The notes: generated by a model not told the origin, from the sequence alone. A DNA stretch of 64,000 bases from Chloroflexota bacterium (GCA_965261345.1 OZ253449.1:64001-128000); one strand, 5' to 3'; counted from the first letter of the stretch, positions 41,326 through 52,083 are shown. Made by a program: numbers and translations.

Positions 41326-41642
41326 TTGACGGCACCACTGTCCAGCAACGTCTCAACATCGTCCAGTCCCGGGATGCTATGGCGCTCATGCAGCAATACC
41401 GCCGGCAGCTTCCCGGCATCGGCGATCAATGAGTCGTCGTCGAAGTCGACTTAAAGGCGCTTGGCGGCTAAGCGATGTTGACTTAACCAGTGCTCCCCAG
41501 CTCTGGGTCTTGTGGTTCTCGACCAACCGATTGCCCCAGTGATGAGAAAAACCTTTCTGCTTATTTGAAATCGTTCTGCTCAAAAAGATTTCGGTGGGTT
41601 GGCGTTGGATTGCAAACAATGATTATGTCTAGTATTCCCTGT
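41326..41642 (+). repeat. 317-bp direct repeat copy 2
   Basis: Matches 36848-37164. Confidence 0.85.
41606..41633 (+). other. dif-like site
   Basis: TGGATTGCAAA-CAATGA-TTATGTCTAGT. Confidence 0.7.
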
Positions 41643-41668
41643 TGAACACAAACTCAATTACGTCAACT
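41641..41668 (+). other. dif-like site, tandem with the previous one
   Basis: GTTGAACACAA-ACTCAA-TTACGTCAACT. Confidence 0.6.
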
Positions 41669-41883
41669 TGAACTCCCGCTCGATCGAGCCCGGTGTGCCG
41701 CAATTCGGAAGTGCGTTCATTGCAATCCAATTGCCGCAATTGAGCGCGGCTCTTTGAACCCAAGTTTTCGCCCAACCAGCGCGATCAATGGCCGGCGCCC
41801 GATTAGCCTGCGGGCGCATTGGCACTGACGGATTGCCGGGAAGATTCGCGGGCCGGGAATCGTACGCCGGCCCCATAAATGAG

Positions 41884-42795
41884 TTACGGCAGAAATTCCC
41901 TGTTCACCTTGGCCACATAGGAGAAGGTCGGGTTTACGAACTGGGTGCAGCGGGCTTCCAACACTTGGCCCAGGAAGAGGTAGGCCTCGCCGCGCGTGAA
42001 ACCGTAGCTATCCTCGAGCCATAGCACCATTTCTGCTAAGGCCGTGCGGAAGGCGTCCTCGGCGGGCCTGGCCATCGCGGTAGTGATGATGTGGGTGTCG
42101 TTGATGATCCGGGGCCAGGTCATCGACTCCGATTTGGGCTCTAGGTCGCACGTTATCCTGACTCGGCCGCCGGCCTCGATTCCGCCGGCCCCGCATATCT
42201 CGCCATCGCCCTGGCGGGCGTGCATGTCGCCGATGTGGAGCAGGGCGCCAGGGACGGAAACTGGCAGGTGGACCGACGCTCCGGTGGTGATCTCCTGGAT
42301 GTCGAAATTGCCGCCCCACTCGCCGGCCCAGGCATTGGTCCAGCGGGAGTGCGCCTGCGCCACGCCTACCATTCCCAGCATCGGGGCGATTGGTATACGC
42401 AGCGAGTCGCTCCAGAGGATGTGGCCTTCCCGTATCTCCACCACCTTTTCCTGACGTCCTATCCCGGTACCGCCCAACCAACCCGGCATGGCGCCATTGG
42501 CGCCCCAGAACCGGGTGAAGCCTATTGGATCAACGTCAATCTCGCCTATGTGGACAACCAGGACTTGACCTGGCTGGGCGCCCTTAACGTAAATGCATCC
42601 GCTGGCGGGATTGCCGGCGCGCAGCTTGCGGTCCAGCTCGTTACGGTCGGGATGATCGTTTAGCCAGGGGCCACGGTTGAGCTGGGTCTCGACCTCGAAT
42701 TCTTCACCGGGTGCGACGTGCAGGGTCGGTTCGTTGTCCGGGCCGATTTCGAAGTACAAGACGTCCTTGGTAGCTTGCTGCATGGTCCACCTCAT
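41884..42795 (-). CDS. Acetamidase/formamidase family protein
   Basis: NPASGCIYVKGAQPG, PMLGMVGVA, GGNFD, GDMHARQGDGEI. Confidence 0.9.
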   Translation of the reverse strand: MRWTMQQATKDVLYFEIGPDNEPTLHVAPGEEFEVETQLNRGPWLNDHPDRNELDRKLRAGNPASGCIYVKGAQPGQVLVVHIGEIDVDPIGFTRFWGANGAMPGWLGGTGIGRQEKVVEIREGHILWSDSLRIPIAPMLGMVGVAQAHSRWTNAWAGEWGGNFDIQEITTGASVHLPVSVPGALLHIGDMHARQGDGEICGAGGIEAGGRVRITCDLEPKSESMTWPRIINDTHIITTAMARPAEDAFRTALAEMVLWLEDSYGFTRGEAYLFLGQVLEARCTQFVNPTFSYVAKVNREFLP

Positions 42796-42967
42796 AGTTG
42801 CTTTTGGGGGTGATGATTATTTGCGCGGTTGCCACCGTCCACAACGGAGTTGGGTTCGCGATTGGACATTGCCGATCGCTCGCGGCGGGCCGCATCGCCG
42901 TTGGCCAAAAACTCCGGTTCGAGCCGTACCAGGTTTAGCAACTGCCGCCGGGTGGTGCTTCTGCTTC

Positions 42968-42995
42968 ATTTTCTATATTCGCGATTATGTCGAGC
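42968..42995 (+). other. dif-like site
   Basis: ATTTTCTATAT-TCGCGA-TTATGTCGAGC. Confidence 0.75.
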
Positions 42996-43199
42996 GTGTA
43001 CGTGGGTTGCGGCTCACCGACGTGCGCCCAACCGCTGGTTCAGAGGGTGTCGAATTCGTCAGGAGGTAACCCTGCTTGACGAATGAAGCTGCCTAAAGTC
43101 CCAACTGCGATCTCGCGGTGGCGCGGAACTATAGCAGTGCGGACCGAGTCGCCGTCGGATTTGGCAAATAACGTTGCTGTGCTTTTGGCTAACCGCTCG

Positions 43200-44953
43200 A
43201 GGACGTGTCCCACGGTGTGGTGTAACTAAGCCGTCCTCTACGTTTAGGGGTTCGGCAGCTGCAACTCTGCAGAGTTGCAGCTGCCGGCAGGGCCGGCAGA
43301 TGGTTGCTGGGGCTTGCTGGGGGAGTTTCGAGTCCTTGGCTGTGACGGCGACTGCCGGTAAGGCGTCCATCATTTTGCCAGTTGCGACCATGGCGCGGTC
43401 GTGGTCATATGGGCTTCCATGGGTCCGAAGGCCGGCCCCGGCCCGTAACGGCTCGCATTCGGGCTCACCGGGCCGGGTTTGTTGGGAAAGTCGGCCCAAT
43501 TCGACGCTAGTGATCCTTATTTAGGCCCAGCTAGCGCCAAGCCGGGCGCACGACCTTCCATTTCCCTGGAGGGCGCTACGGCCCCCGGCGGCGGTTGCTA
43601 CCCCGCCGGCAATGCCAGCGGGGACTGCCTCTCTCCCGGAGATGGGGGTTGGCCGATTAAGGCCATCGAGTGCCTGGACATATAGCGGCGCTCGGATGCG
43701 AGCCATTCGTCGTTCTGCTCAATTAGGACCGCTCCGATAAGGCGCAGGACCGAGTCATCGTCGGGGAAGAGCTGTACTACCCGGGTGCGGCGCTTTAGCT
43801 CGCCCATAACGCGCTCTAGGGGATTGGTGGACCAGATCTTGCGCCAGTGCGAAGGCGGGAAGGCGGTGTAGGCAGTCAGGGCGATCTCGGAGTCCTCGAG
43901 GATCGTGGACAGTTCCGGATACTTGCGCTCTAAGCGATCGGCGAAATCTCCGAAGGCGTCCATGGCGCTCTGCTTGTCAGCCTGCCCAAACAACGACGCC
44001 AGTCCGGCTGCCACCAGCCCGCGGTCGCCGCTTCTGACCCTTGGCAGAAGATTGCGCCCAAAGTGTGTCCTGCACGTCTGCCAGGCGGCCTCGGGAATAA
44101 GCTTTGTCACCGCGTTGCCGATGGCTTGGTTCCCATCGGAGATCACCAGCCGCACGCCGGATAGACCGCGCGTTACCAGGGAGGCGATCAAGTCCTCCCA
44201 GAAGCCCTGCGCTTCGCTGTGGCCGATTGCAAGCCCCAGCAGCTCGCGATGGCCGTTCTCGTTTATGGCCATTGCTATGCCCACCGCCCGCGACCTTACC
44301 GCATGCGCGTTTCGGGCTTTTACGTAGGTGGCGTCGAGATAGAGGTACGGGAAGGTCGTATGCGCGAGATCGCGTTCGCGGAAGGCATTGACCAGCTCGT
44401 CGATGCCTTTGCAGATCCTTGACACCTCGGACCTGGAGATCCCGGCGTTTACTCCCATCGCCTCCACCAGCTTGTCGACCTTGCGGGTGGAGACGCCCTT
44501 GCTGTAGGCGGTCATGATGACGCCGTAGAGGGCCTGGTCGATGCGGCGCCGCCGCTCCAAGAACTCGGGGTAGTAGCTGCCTTGGCGCAGCTTGGGCAGG
44601 GCAATCTCGATGTCGCCCGCCCGGGTGGAGAGGGTGCGCTTGCGCGAGCCATCAAAGCCGATTGCGACGCTCGCCGTTGCGCTCGTGCGGTTTGGCGCCG
44701 ATGTTTTCGGCCAGGCCGGCGTCAATAAGTTCCTGGTAGGCGTGCCGTACGGCGCTGCGGACGAATTCGCTGCTGTCAAACCCTTGCTTGGCGATAAGGG
44801 CAAGCAAGGTCTGATAATCAAGTTGGGCCATCGATGGTTCCTCGACGAAGTAAGTGAATTGACTCCGTAGAGGTTTACACGAGGGCCCTTTGTCATCGCG
44901 TTGGCTTAGTTGATCAAGCGGGTGCTCTTACACCACTCCAGGGGACGTGATCC
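43200..44953 (-). mobile_element. IS256-family element
   Basis: Imperfect IRs GGACGTGTCCCACGGTGTGGTGTAA / GGATCACGTCCCCTGGAGTGGTGTAA; no matching TSD. Confidence 0.8.
43598..44831 (-). pseudogene. IS256 transposase with 5' frameshift
   Basis: PKLRQGSYYP, YLYLDATY, VISDG, WQTCRTHF, STNPLER; the likely start MAQLDY at 44831 is out of frame near 44655. Confidence 0.85.
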
Positions 44954-46170
44954 TACCGCCCACCAGGCGTGCATCATCGATGGGGACGCCAATGACCATG
45001 GCCAGCAGAGCTTTGCGCACTCCGGCCAGGGTCTTGGGGAAATGGCTGCCTGGCTGGCGGATTGCACCGCTGCGGACCCCGAATCCATCGCCATTGCGAT
45101 CGAGGTGCCGCATGGAGCGGTTGTGGAGAGTCTGCTGCTTTCCGGCTTTGCGGTCTTCTCGATCAACCCGAAGCAGTCCGATCGCTTTCGCGACCGTAGC
45201 TCGCCGGCCGGAGCCAAGGATGATCGGCGTGATGCCCGGGTATTGGCCGATGCCCTGCGGACCGACCGAGCCAGCTTCCGGCGCCTGGAGCTGCCCGACC
45301 CGCGGGTGGTCGAGCTGCGGGATCTAACCCGCATCGTTGAGGACCTGACCCGCCAGCGAACCCGACTGAGCAATCGCATTCGCCAGCAGCTGGGCCGCTA
45401 CTACCCGCAATTTGCGGAGTTGAGCAACAACCTGACGGAAATCTGGCTGCTCGAACTGTGGCGCATGGCGCCGACACCGGCTAAGGCCCAGGCTTTGCGC
45501 AAAGCTCGTGTCGCCCGGCTGCTCAAGCGCAATCGTATCCGCCGCATTGATGCTGGCGGCGTTTTGGAGATACTGCGCCAACCGGCCTTGCGGGTTGCCC
45601 CGGGAACGATGGAAGGCGCCGTCCGGCGGATAGGCGTCATGGTTGAGCAGATTCTGTTGGTCAAGCATCAGATCTCTGATGCCAATAGCCAACTTGATCA
45701 GACGATCGAGGCCCTGGCCGAGAGCGAGTCGCAAACCGGTGGCGGGCAGCGCGACGTGGCCATCCTCAAATCCATGCCTGGAGTTGGCAGGATGGTCCTC
45801 GCCACGCTACTGGCGGAAGCACATGAGCTTCTTCGACGAAGGGATTATCCGGCCTTGCGCTGCTTTAGCGGCAATGCTCCGGTCACCAGGCGTTCCGGCA
45901 AGAGCATGATGGTGGTGCGCCGTAGGGCCTACCACCATCGTGTCGGCCAGGCGATGTGGCACTGGTCGCGCATCGCCATCATTCGTGACCCGGGCTCTCG
46001 ACGCAAGTACGATGCCTTGCGAGCGCGCGGTCACAGCCATGCCAGATCGCTGCGGACGGTGGGCGATCGGTTATTGGCGGTTGCCTGCGCCATGCTGGAA
46101 AGTCAGACGTTATACCAGGCTAATCACCAGGGAGGCAGCGCCCAACCAGCTTGACAAATAGTAGAGAGTC
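44954..46170 (+). mobile_element. IS110-family element, 5'-truncated by IS256
   Basis: AIAIE, INP..S.RFR...GAKDD.RDA, MPGVG...AP.TRRSGK; first catalytic Asp motif missing; ends TTGACAAATAGTAGAGAGTC. Confidence 0.85.
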
Positions 46171-48092
46171 GAACAGCCAGGCAAACTGGAGTATGGACGC
46201 GGGTGAAAGTCCCGCTGGCAAAGGGCTGGCCGCCCATGCCGAACCGCGAGCCGTGCGCAGGCCGTCGCGAGACGGTCGGTGAAGCGTCGGTAGCGGGGCA
46301 TGCGGGCCGGGCTATCGAGCGCCGAAATACCGGTTCGGAGCGCCGAGACCGTGATTCTGGTCGAAGGCAACACCGACAGCGGCGATATTGGCAAGTCGCT
46401 GATCTGGGCTCCGCGGCGTCGAAGAACTCGCGCACGTATGCACGTCCATCCCCGGGACCTGGGAGACCTGTCCAGCGCCCCAACGCACTCGCAGCATTGG
46501 GGCCGCATCGGGAAGGAAGGAGTTTCGCAATCCGATGATGCACGCCGGACAGAAGTCTGATGCGGCCATAGTACCTGCGAAGGCGGCGAACAATGGGGCG
46601 TAAAACCCCGGCGGAGCCGCCGGAGGAAAGGGCCGCAAGCAAGAGGAACGCGCCAGGCACCGGCACGGACTACACCCAGGGGTGGGTTCCCGTGTCACCC
46701 GGAGCCGAACGCGTACGGCAACACGCCAAAGAGAACCCAGAGGGAAAACTCACCGCGCTCTTACACCACATAGACCTTGACGCGCTAAGGGATGCGTTCT
46801 ACGGGCTAAAACCCAATGCCGCTCCCGGCGCCGACGGGATCACGTGGAGGATGTACGAGGAAAACCTGGAAGAGAAACTTCTCGACCTTAAAGACCGCGT
46901 GCACAAAGGAGCATACCGAGCGACCCCCGTCCTGCGGGTAGCGATACCCAAACCGGACGGCGGGAAGCGAGCGCTTGGAATCGCATCCATAGAGGACAAG
47001 ATCCTGCAGCGGGCGGTGTGTCAACAGATCCTTGACCCGATCTATGAATCGGAGTTCGCCGGGTTCGCATACGGGTTCCGGCCAAAAAGATCAGCGCACG
47101 ACGCGCTGGACGCCCTGGCCTACGCCATCGAACGGAGAAAAGTCAACTGGATTCTTGACGCCGACATAAAAGGCTTCTTCGACCATCTCGACCGCGAGCG
47201 ACTCATCTCGTTCCTGGGAGAGCGAATCGGAGACAACCGCGTCCTGCGCCTAATCCGCAAATGGCTGAGCACCGGAGTAATGGAAGCCGGAGAACTATCC
47301 GACAGCGTGCAGGGAACACCGCAAGGGGCGCCGATATCGCCGCTGCTTGCCAACGTGTACCTGCACAAAGTCCTGGACTCATGGTTTGCCAAGGAATGGC
47401 GACCCAAAAGGGCCAGCGGCGAGGTCTACATCGTCAGGTATGCCGATGACTTCGTCCTGGGATTTGAGTACCGCAGCGATGCGGTCAGATTTGCAAAGGA
47501 TTTGCGAGACAGGCTAGAAGAGTACGGATTAGAGCTTGCAGCCCACAAGACCCGCCTGATCGAGTTCGGCAGATACGCGATCGAGAATCGCCGCCAGCGT
47601 AACGACAGCCGTCCGGAGACTTTTGACTTCCTCGGCCTAACGCATTACTGCCGGACGATGAGCAACGGAAAGTTCGGACTGGGACGCAAGCCCATCGCCA
47701 AGCGCGTCAGACGCACCCTGAAGGCGATCAAGGAACGACTACGCATGCGCATGCACGACGATCCCGCGCAGACCGGGCAATGGCTCGGGTTGGTGCTGCG
47801 GGGCTGGCTCGGCTATTACGCCGTCCCAACCAGCTCCACGTACCTGAGGAGTTTCAAATATGAACTCGAGCGCCAGTGGTTACGCAGCCTGCGCCGCCGG
47901 TCGCAGCATGATCGATTCCCATGGGGGCGCCTGCGCGCATTGAGCACTGCCCATCTCCCAACCGTCTCCATCCTCCACCCATGGCCCGCCGACCGTTTTG
48001 CCGTCAAACACTCAAGCTAAGAGCCCGGTGCGTTAACGCGCATGCCGGGATCCGTGCGGGGGGCACCGGGTAACCGGTGTTCCTACCGCGAA
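46171..48092 (+). mobile_element. Group II intron 1 (class E-like, RT without endonuclease)
   Basis: D5 GAGCCCGGTGCGTTAACGCGCATGCCGGGATC; D6 ending CCTACCGCGAA; EBS1 GATTCT (46353-46358) pairs with upstream AGAGTC. Confidence 0.92.
46593..48020 (+). CDS. ltrA: Group II intron reverse transcriptase/maturase
   Basis: IPKPDG..R.LGI, YGFRP, DIKGFFD, GTPQG..ISPLLAN, RYADDF, FDFLG. Confidence 0.95.
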   Translation: MGRKTPAEPPEERAASKRNAPGTGTDYTQGWVPVSPGAERVRQHAKENPEGKLTALLHHIDLDALRDAFYGLKPNAAPGADGITWRMYEENLEEKLLDLKDRVHKGAYRATPVLRVAIPKPDGGKRALGIASIEDKILQRAVCQQILDPIYESEFAGFAYGFRPKRSAHDALDALAYAIERRKVNWILDADIKGFFDHLDRERLISFLGERIGDNRVLRLIRKWLSTGVMEAGELSDSVQGTPQGAPISPLLANVYLHKVLDSWFAKEWRPKRASGEVYIVRYADDFVLGFEYRSDAVRFAKDLRDRLEEYGLELAAHKTRLIEFGRYAIENRRQRNDSRPETFDFLGLTHYCRTMSNGKFGLGRKPIAKRVRRTLKAIKERLRMRMHDDPAQTGQWLGLVLRGWLGYYAVPTSSTYLRSFKYELERQWLRSLRRRSQHDRFPWGRLRALSTAHLPTVSILHPWPADRFAVKHSS

Positions 48093-49728
48093 CACCGAAC
48101 CGGCGGCATTCCGCCCCCATACCGCCTTTGTCCAGGCTTTCCGGCGCAATGGACCGCGTCATGCGGCCGGACCGGGAGTCGACTGCGCCAGCATTGCGGC
48201 GCGGCGGGCAGATTTCGGGCCCCGGAGCCGAGCCCGGCACGCATTGCTCCAATGCCGGCGCCCACCCCGCAGGCAGATCCTTCACGATCTGGCGGTCAGG
48301 TGGGTAGCGGCAGCGACCGCAGCCTTGATAGCGCCAGTTCGAACGTCTCCGCCCAGGGCCATGACCCGGGCAGATGCAGGGTGAACCTCCGCGCCGAGCG
48401 GGTGATGCGGCCGGGCATGGCGATGAACCGGCGCCGCAGGGTGGGGGTGGTAACGATTTTTTTCTCCCCGATGCCGATCCCGGCGGTCCAGCGGCAAAGG
48501 TTATGCGCCATTACCTGCACCGCCAGCCAGGCGGCGTTGGCGTTAAAGCATCCCGACGGCAGATGATTGAGGCCGACTCCGTATTTGAGATCGCGGATTA
48601 CGTTCTCGACTTCGGCGTGGCGACGGTGGTCGGCCTCCAACTCAAGCATCGCCCCTTGCCGGTCGGTGATGAAGGCGTGGTAGGAGTACCTGGTAAGCAG
48701 CGCCAGCTGCGACCCTGGGGCGGGCCTTACCCGCCTCACGATCAGGCGCACGGGTTCTTTACCCTGGAACGGGGCGTAGCGCAGTTCGGCTGCGTCGGCC
48801 CCGCCGTCGAGCCAGTACGGGATCGGGGTCCAGTCATCCTGCGGTATCTGCTCTAGCCGACGCCGCAGGTGCTTCTCAAGGCGCGCGGTCACTTAAGAAG
48901 CGCACGTCCAGGTTGCGGCAGGCGCTCACGAACCTGCCACTGTAGAACCCCGCGTCGGCCCTTACGGTTAGCTGCCCGCCCGCTCCGGCATGGCGGACCC
49001 TGGAGATCGTCTCGGTTAGGAAATGGGCCGCTCCCCTTCCGGCATAGGCGCGGCCTTCGCGCAGACGGCACATGAGCACCTCGCCCGACCCTGCGGCGAT
49101 CGCCAATAGCGGGTGATACCCCCGCACCCCGCTGTAGGCGTGCCGGCGGGCGCCCTGCTTGAGGAGTCCGTAGGTCTCGCACACGGTCGAGTCGAGATCT
49201 ATGGTCAGGGGACCCGGGCCGGGGCCAGCCCCGGCCTGCCAGGCGCTTCGAAGCAGCTCGCGGCCGACGCGGTCCAGTTGGCGCACGTGTCCCCACCTGA
49301 AACCGCGCAGGAACGTCCCCAGGGTGGAAGGGGCCTTGACCTTAAAGCCCAGCACCCGGCCGGTGTCGCCCGACCGCAGGGCGTCAGCGTCGTTAATGCA
49401 GTCCCCGCCCCCGAGGGCGGAGGCGACCAGCGTTTGCAGCTTCGCGCCCGCGTTGGCGCGGCCCGAGGCGCTCCCAAGGTCCAGATATTCGTCGGTGAGC
49501 TCGCCCAGCCGCAGACGGCGGGCCAGAGTCAGCGGCAGCAGCAGTCCGGCATTGGCGATGAGGCGGTGATCGTCGAAGGCGGTCCGGATGCGGTCGGGGC
49601 CAGGAATTGGTAGCAGCTAGAAAGTGCTCGCTGATTCTGGGTTGTTTTGTTGGTAAAAAACAACTTCCCCAGATATGAGAGAGCACTTTTTACTATTTTC
49701 GGGCCTTAACTGCCGTGATATTTCGGTG
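48093..49728 (-). mobile_element. IS1380-family element with fragmented transposase; both ends abut introns
   Basis: FDDHRLIANAG, TIDLDST, GYHPL, VRADAGFY, HRRHAEVENVIRDLK, FNANAAW across three frames; both ends read CACCGAA. Confidence 0.85.
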
Positions 49729-51657
49729 TTCGCGGTAGGAACACCGGTTACCCGGTGCCCCCCGCACGGATCCCGGCGTGCGCGTTAACGCACCGGGCTC
49801 TTAGCTTGAGTGTTTGACGGCAAAACGGTCGGCGGGCCATGGGTGGAGGATGGAGACGGTTGGGAGATGGGCAGTGCTCAATGCGCGCAGGCGCCCCCAT
49901 GGGAATCGATCATGCTGCGACCGGCGGCGCAGGCTGCGTAACCACTGGCGCTCGAGTTCATATTTGAAACTCCTCAGGTACGTGGAGCTGGTTGGGACGG
50001 CGTAATAGTTGAGCCAGCCCCGCAGCACCATCCCGAGCCATTGCCCGGTCTGCATCGGATCATCGTGCATGCGCATACGCAGCTTCTCTTTGATCGCCTT
50101 CAGGGTGCGTCTGACGCGCTTGGCGATGGGCTTGCGTCCCAGTCCGAACTTTCCGTTGCTCATCGTCCGGCAGTAATGCGTTAGGCCGAGGAAGTCAAAA
50201 GTCTCCGGCCGTCTTTCGCCTCGTTGGCGGCGGTTGTGCGCCGCTTGCCGGCCGAACTCGATCAGGCGGGTCTTGTGGGCTGCAAGCTCTAATCCGTACT
50301 CTTCTAGCCTGTCTCGCAAATCCTTTGCAAATCTGACCGCATCGCTGCGGTACTCAAATCCCAGGACGAAGTCATCGGCATACCTGACGATGTAGACCTC
50401 GCCGCTGGCCCTTTTGGGTCGCCATTCCTTGGCAAACCATGAGTCCAGGACTTTGTGCAGGTACACGTTGGCAAGCAGCGGCGATATCGGCGCCCCTTGC
50501 GGTGTTCCCTGCACGCTGTCGGATAGTTCTCCGGCTTCCATTACTCCGGTGCTCAGCCATTTGCGGATTAGGCGCAGGACGCGGTTGTCTCCGATTCGCT
50601 CTCCCAGGAACGAGATGAGTCGCTCGCGGTCGAGATGGTCGAAGAAGCCTTTTATGTCGGCGTCAAGAATCCAGTTGACTTTTCTCCGTTCGATGGCGTA
50701 GGCCAGGGCGTCCAGCGCGTCGTGCGCTGATCTTTTTGGCCGGAACCCGTATGCGAACCCGGCGAACTCCGATTCATAGATCGGGTCAAGGATCTGTTGA
50801 CACACCGCCCGCTGCAGGATCTTGTCCTCTATGGATGCGATTCCAAGCGCTCGCTTCCCGCCGTCCGGTTTGGGTATCGCTACCCGCAGGACGGGGGTCG
50901 CTCGGTATGCTCCTTTGTGCACGCGGTCTTTAAGGTCGAGAAGTTTCTCTTCCAGGTTTTCCTCGTACATCCTCCACGTGATCCCGTCGGCGCCGGGAGC
51001 GGCATTGGGTTTTAGCCCGTAGAACGCATCCCTTAGCGCGTCAAGGTCTATGTGGTGTAAGAGCGCGGTGAGTTTTCCCTCTGGGTTCTCTTTGGCGTGT
51101 TGCCGTACGCGTTCGGCTCCGGGTGACACGGGAACCCACCCCTGGGTGTAGTCCGTGCCGGTGCCTGGCGCGTTCCTCTTGCTTGCGGCCCTTTCCTCCG
51201 GCGGCTCCGCCGGGGTTTTACGCCCCATTGTTCGCCGCCTTCGCAGGTACTATGGCCGCATCAGACCCCTGTCCGGCGTGCATCATCGGCTACGGATACC
51301 TCCTTCCCGATGCGACCCCGGATCTGCGAGTGAACCGGGGTAATGCGCAGATCTCCCAGTTCCCGGCCCGGGACTTACGTACGTACATGAGTTCTTTGAC
51401 ACCGTCGAGCCCGGCTGACGGCTGGCCATCTATTGCCGCCGCCGGTGTTGCCTTCGACAAGATCAAGAGTCTCGGCGCTCGGGACAAACCCGATGTTTCG
51501 GTGCTCCATAGCTCTGTCCGCACGCTCCGCTGCCGACGCTTCACGGGTAACCTCGCGGTTACCCGCGCACGGCTCGCGGGCTGATGTGGGCTGGCTCTCG
51601 CCCTTCATCCCGGGAGACTTTCACTCCTTGTCCTGGTACCAGTTGGACTGGCTGTTC
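49729..51657 (-). mobile_element. Group II intron 2
   Basis: Near-identical D5/D6 to intron 1; EBS1 TGATCT (51460-51465, minus strand) pairs with upstream AGGTCA. Confidence 0.92.
49801..51228 (-). CDS. ltrA: Group II intron reverse transcriptase/maturase
   Basis: 475 aa, near-identical to 46593-48020 except a short divergent patch. Confidence 0.95.
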   Translation of the reverse strand: MGRKTPAEPPEERAASKRNAPGTGTDYTQGWVPVSPGAERVRQHAKENPEGKLTALLHHIDLDALRDAFYGLKPNAAPGADGITWRMYEENLEEKLLDLKDRVHKGAYRATPVLRVAIPKPDGGKRALGIASIEDKILQRAVCQQILDPIYESEFAGFAYGFRPKRSAHDALDALAYAIERRKVNWILDADIKGFFDHLDRERLISFLGERIGDNRVLRLIRKWLSTGVMEAGELSDSVQGTPQGAPISPLLANVYLHKVLDSWFAKEWRPKRASGEVYIVRYADDFVLGFEYRSDAVRFAKDLRDRLEEYGLELAAHKTRLIEFGRQAAHNRRQRGERRPETFDFLGLTHYCRTMSNGKFGLGRKPIAKRVRRTLKAIKEKLRMRMHDDPMQTGQWLGMVLRGWLNYYAVPTSSTYLRSFKYELERQWLRSLRRRSQHDRFPWGRLRALSTAHLPTVSILHPWPADRFAVKHSS

Positions 51658-51776
51658 TGACCTGTTCGGGCGAGTACTTTCGCTTCGCCATTGCTGTCCC
51701 CTTGTATGTTCCAAATGGGAAGTCCCGGGTGCGGTAGGGCGCATTCCCTCTGGTACCAATGAGGGGGAGCCGGCCA
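51658..51776 (-). mobile_element. IS3-family left-end fragment interrupted by intron 2
   Basis: IRL TGGCCGGCTCCCCCTCATTGGTACCAG followed by MAKRKYSPEQV. Confidence 0.8.
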
Positions 51777-51777
51777 A

Positions 51778-52083
51778 GTGGCCTCCAACGTGTCAATCGC
51801 AAAAGAGGAATTGGCATCGCTTTGCAAAGCGCACGGGATACGCCGGCTGGCGATATTCGGGTCGGCATTGCGAGACGATTTCCACTCGGAAAGCGACATC
51901 GACGTGTTGGTGGAGTTCCAACCCGGTCGGGTACCGGGCCTGCTAGGAATAGCTGGCATCGAGATCGATTTGTCGAGATTGTTCGGCGGCCGCAAAGTGG
52001 ACCTGCGAACCCCTGAGGATCTGAGTCCCTACTTCCGCGAGCAAGTTCTCGATGATGCTGAAGTCCAGTATGCGCACGCATGA
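51778..52083 (+). CDS. mntA: Minimal nucleotidyltransferase antitoxin (inverted duplicate)
   Basis: 51777-52252 is a near-identical inverted copy of 33640-34115. Confidence 0.8.
   Translation: MASNVSIAKEELASLCKAHGIRRLAIFGSALRDDFHSESDIDVLVEFQPGRVPGLLGIAGIEIDLSRLFGGRKVDLRTPEDLSPYFREQVLDDAEVQYAHA

Noticed and set aside
50652-50662. TTATGTCGGCG arm-like match (also TTATGTATCC near 26263)
   Set aside because: Both lie inside coding sequence (intron RT, GmrSD) with no plausible left arm; chance matches.
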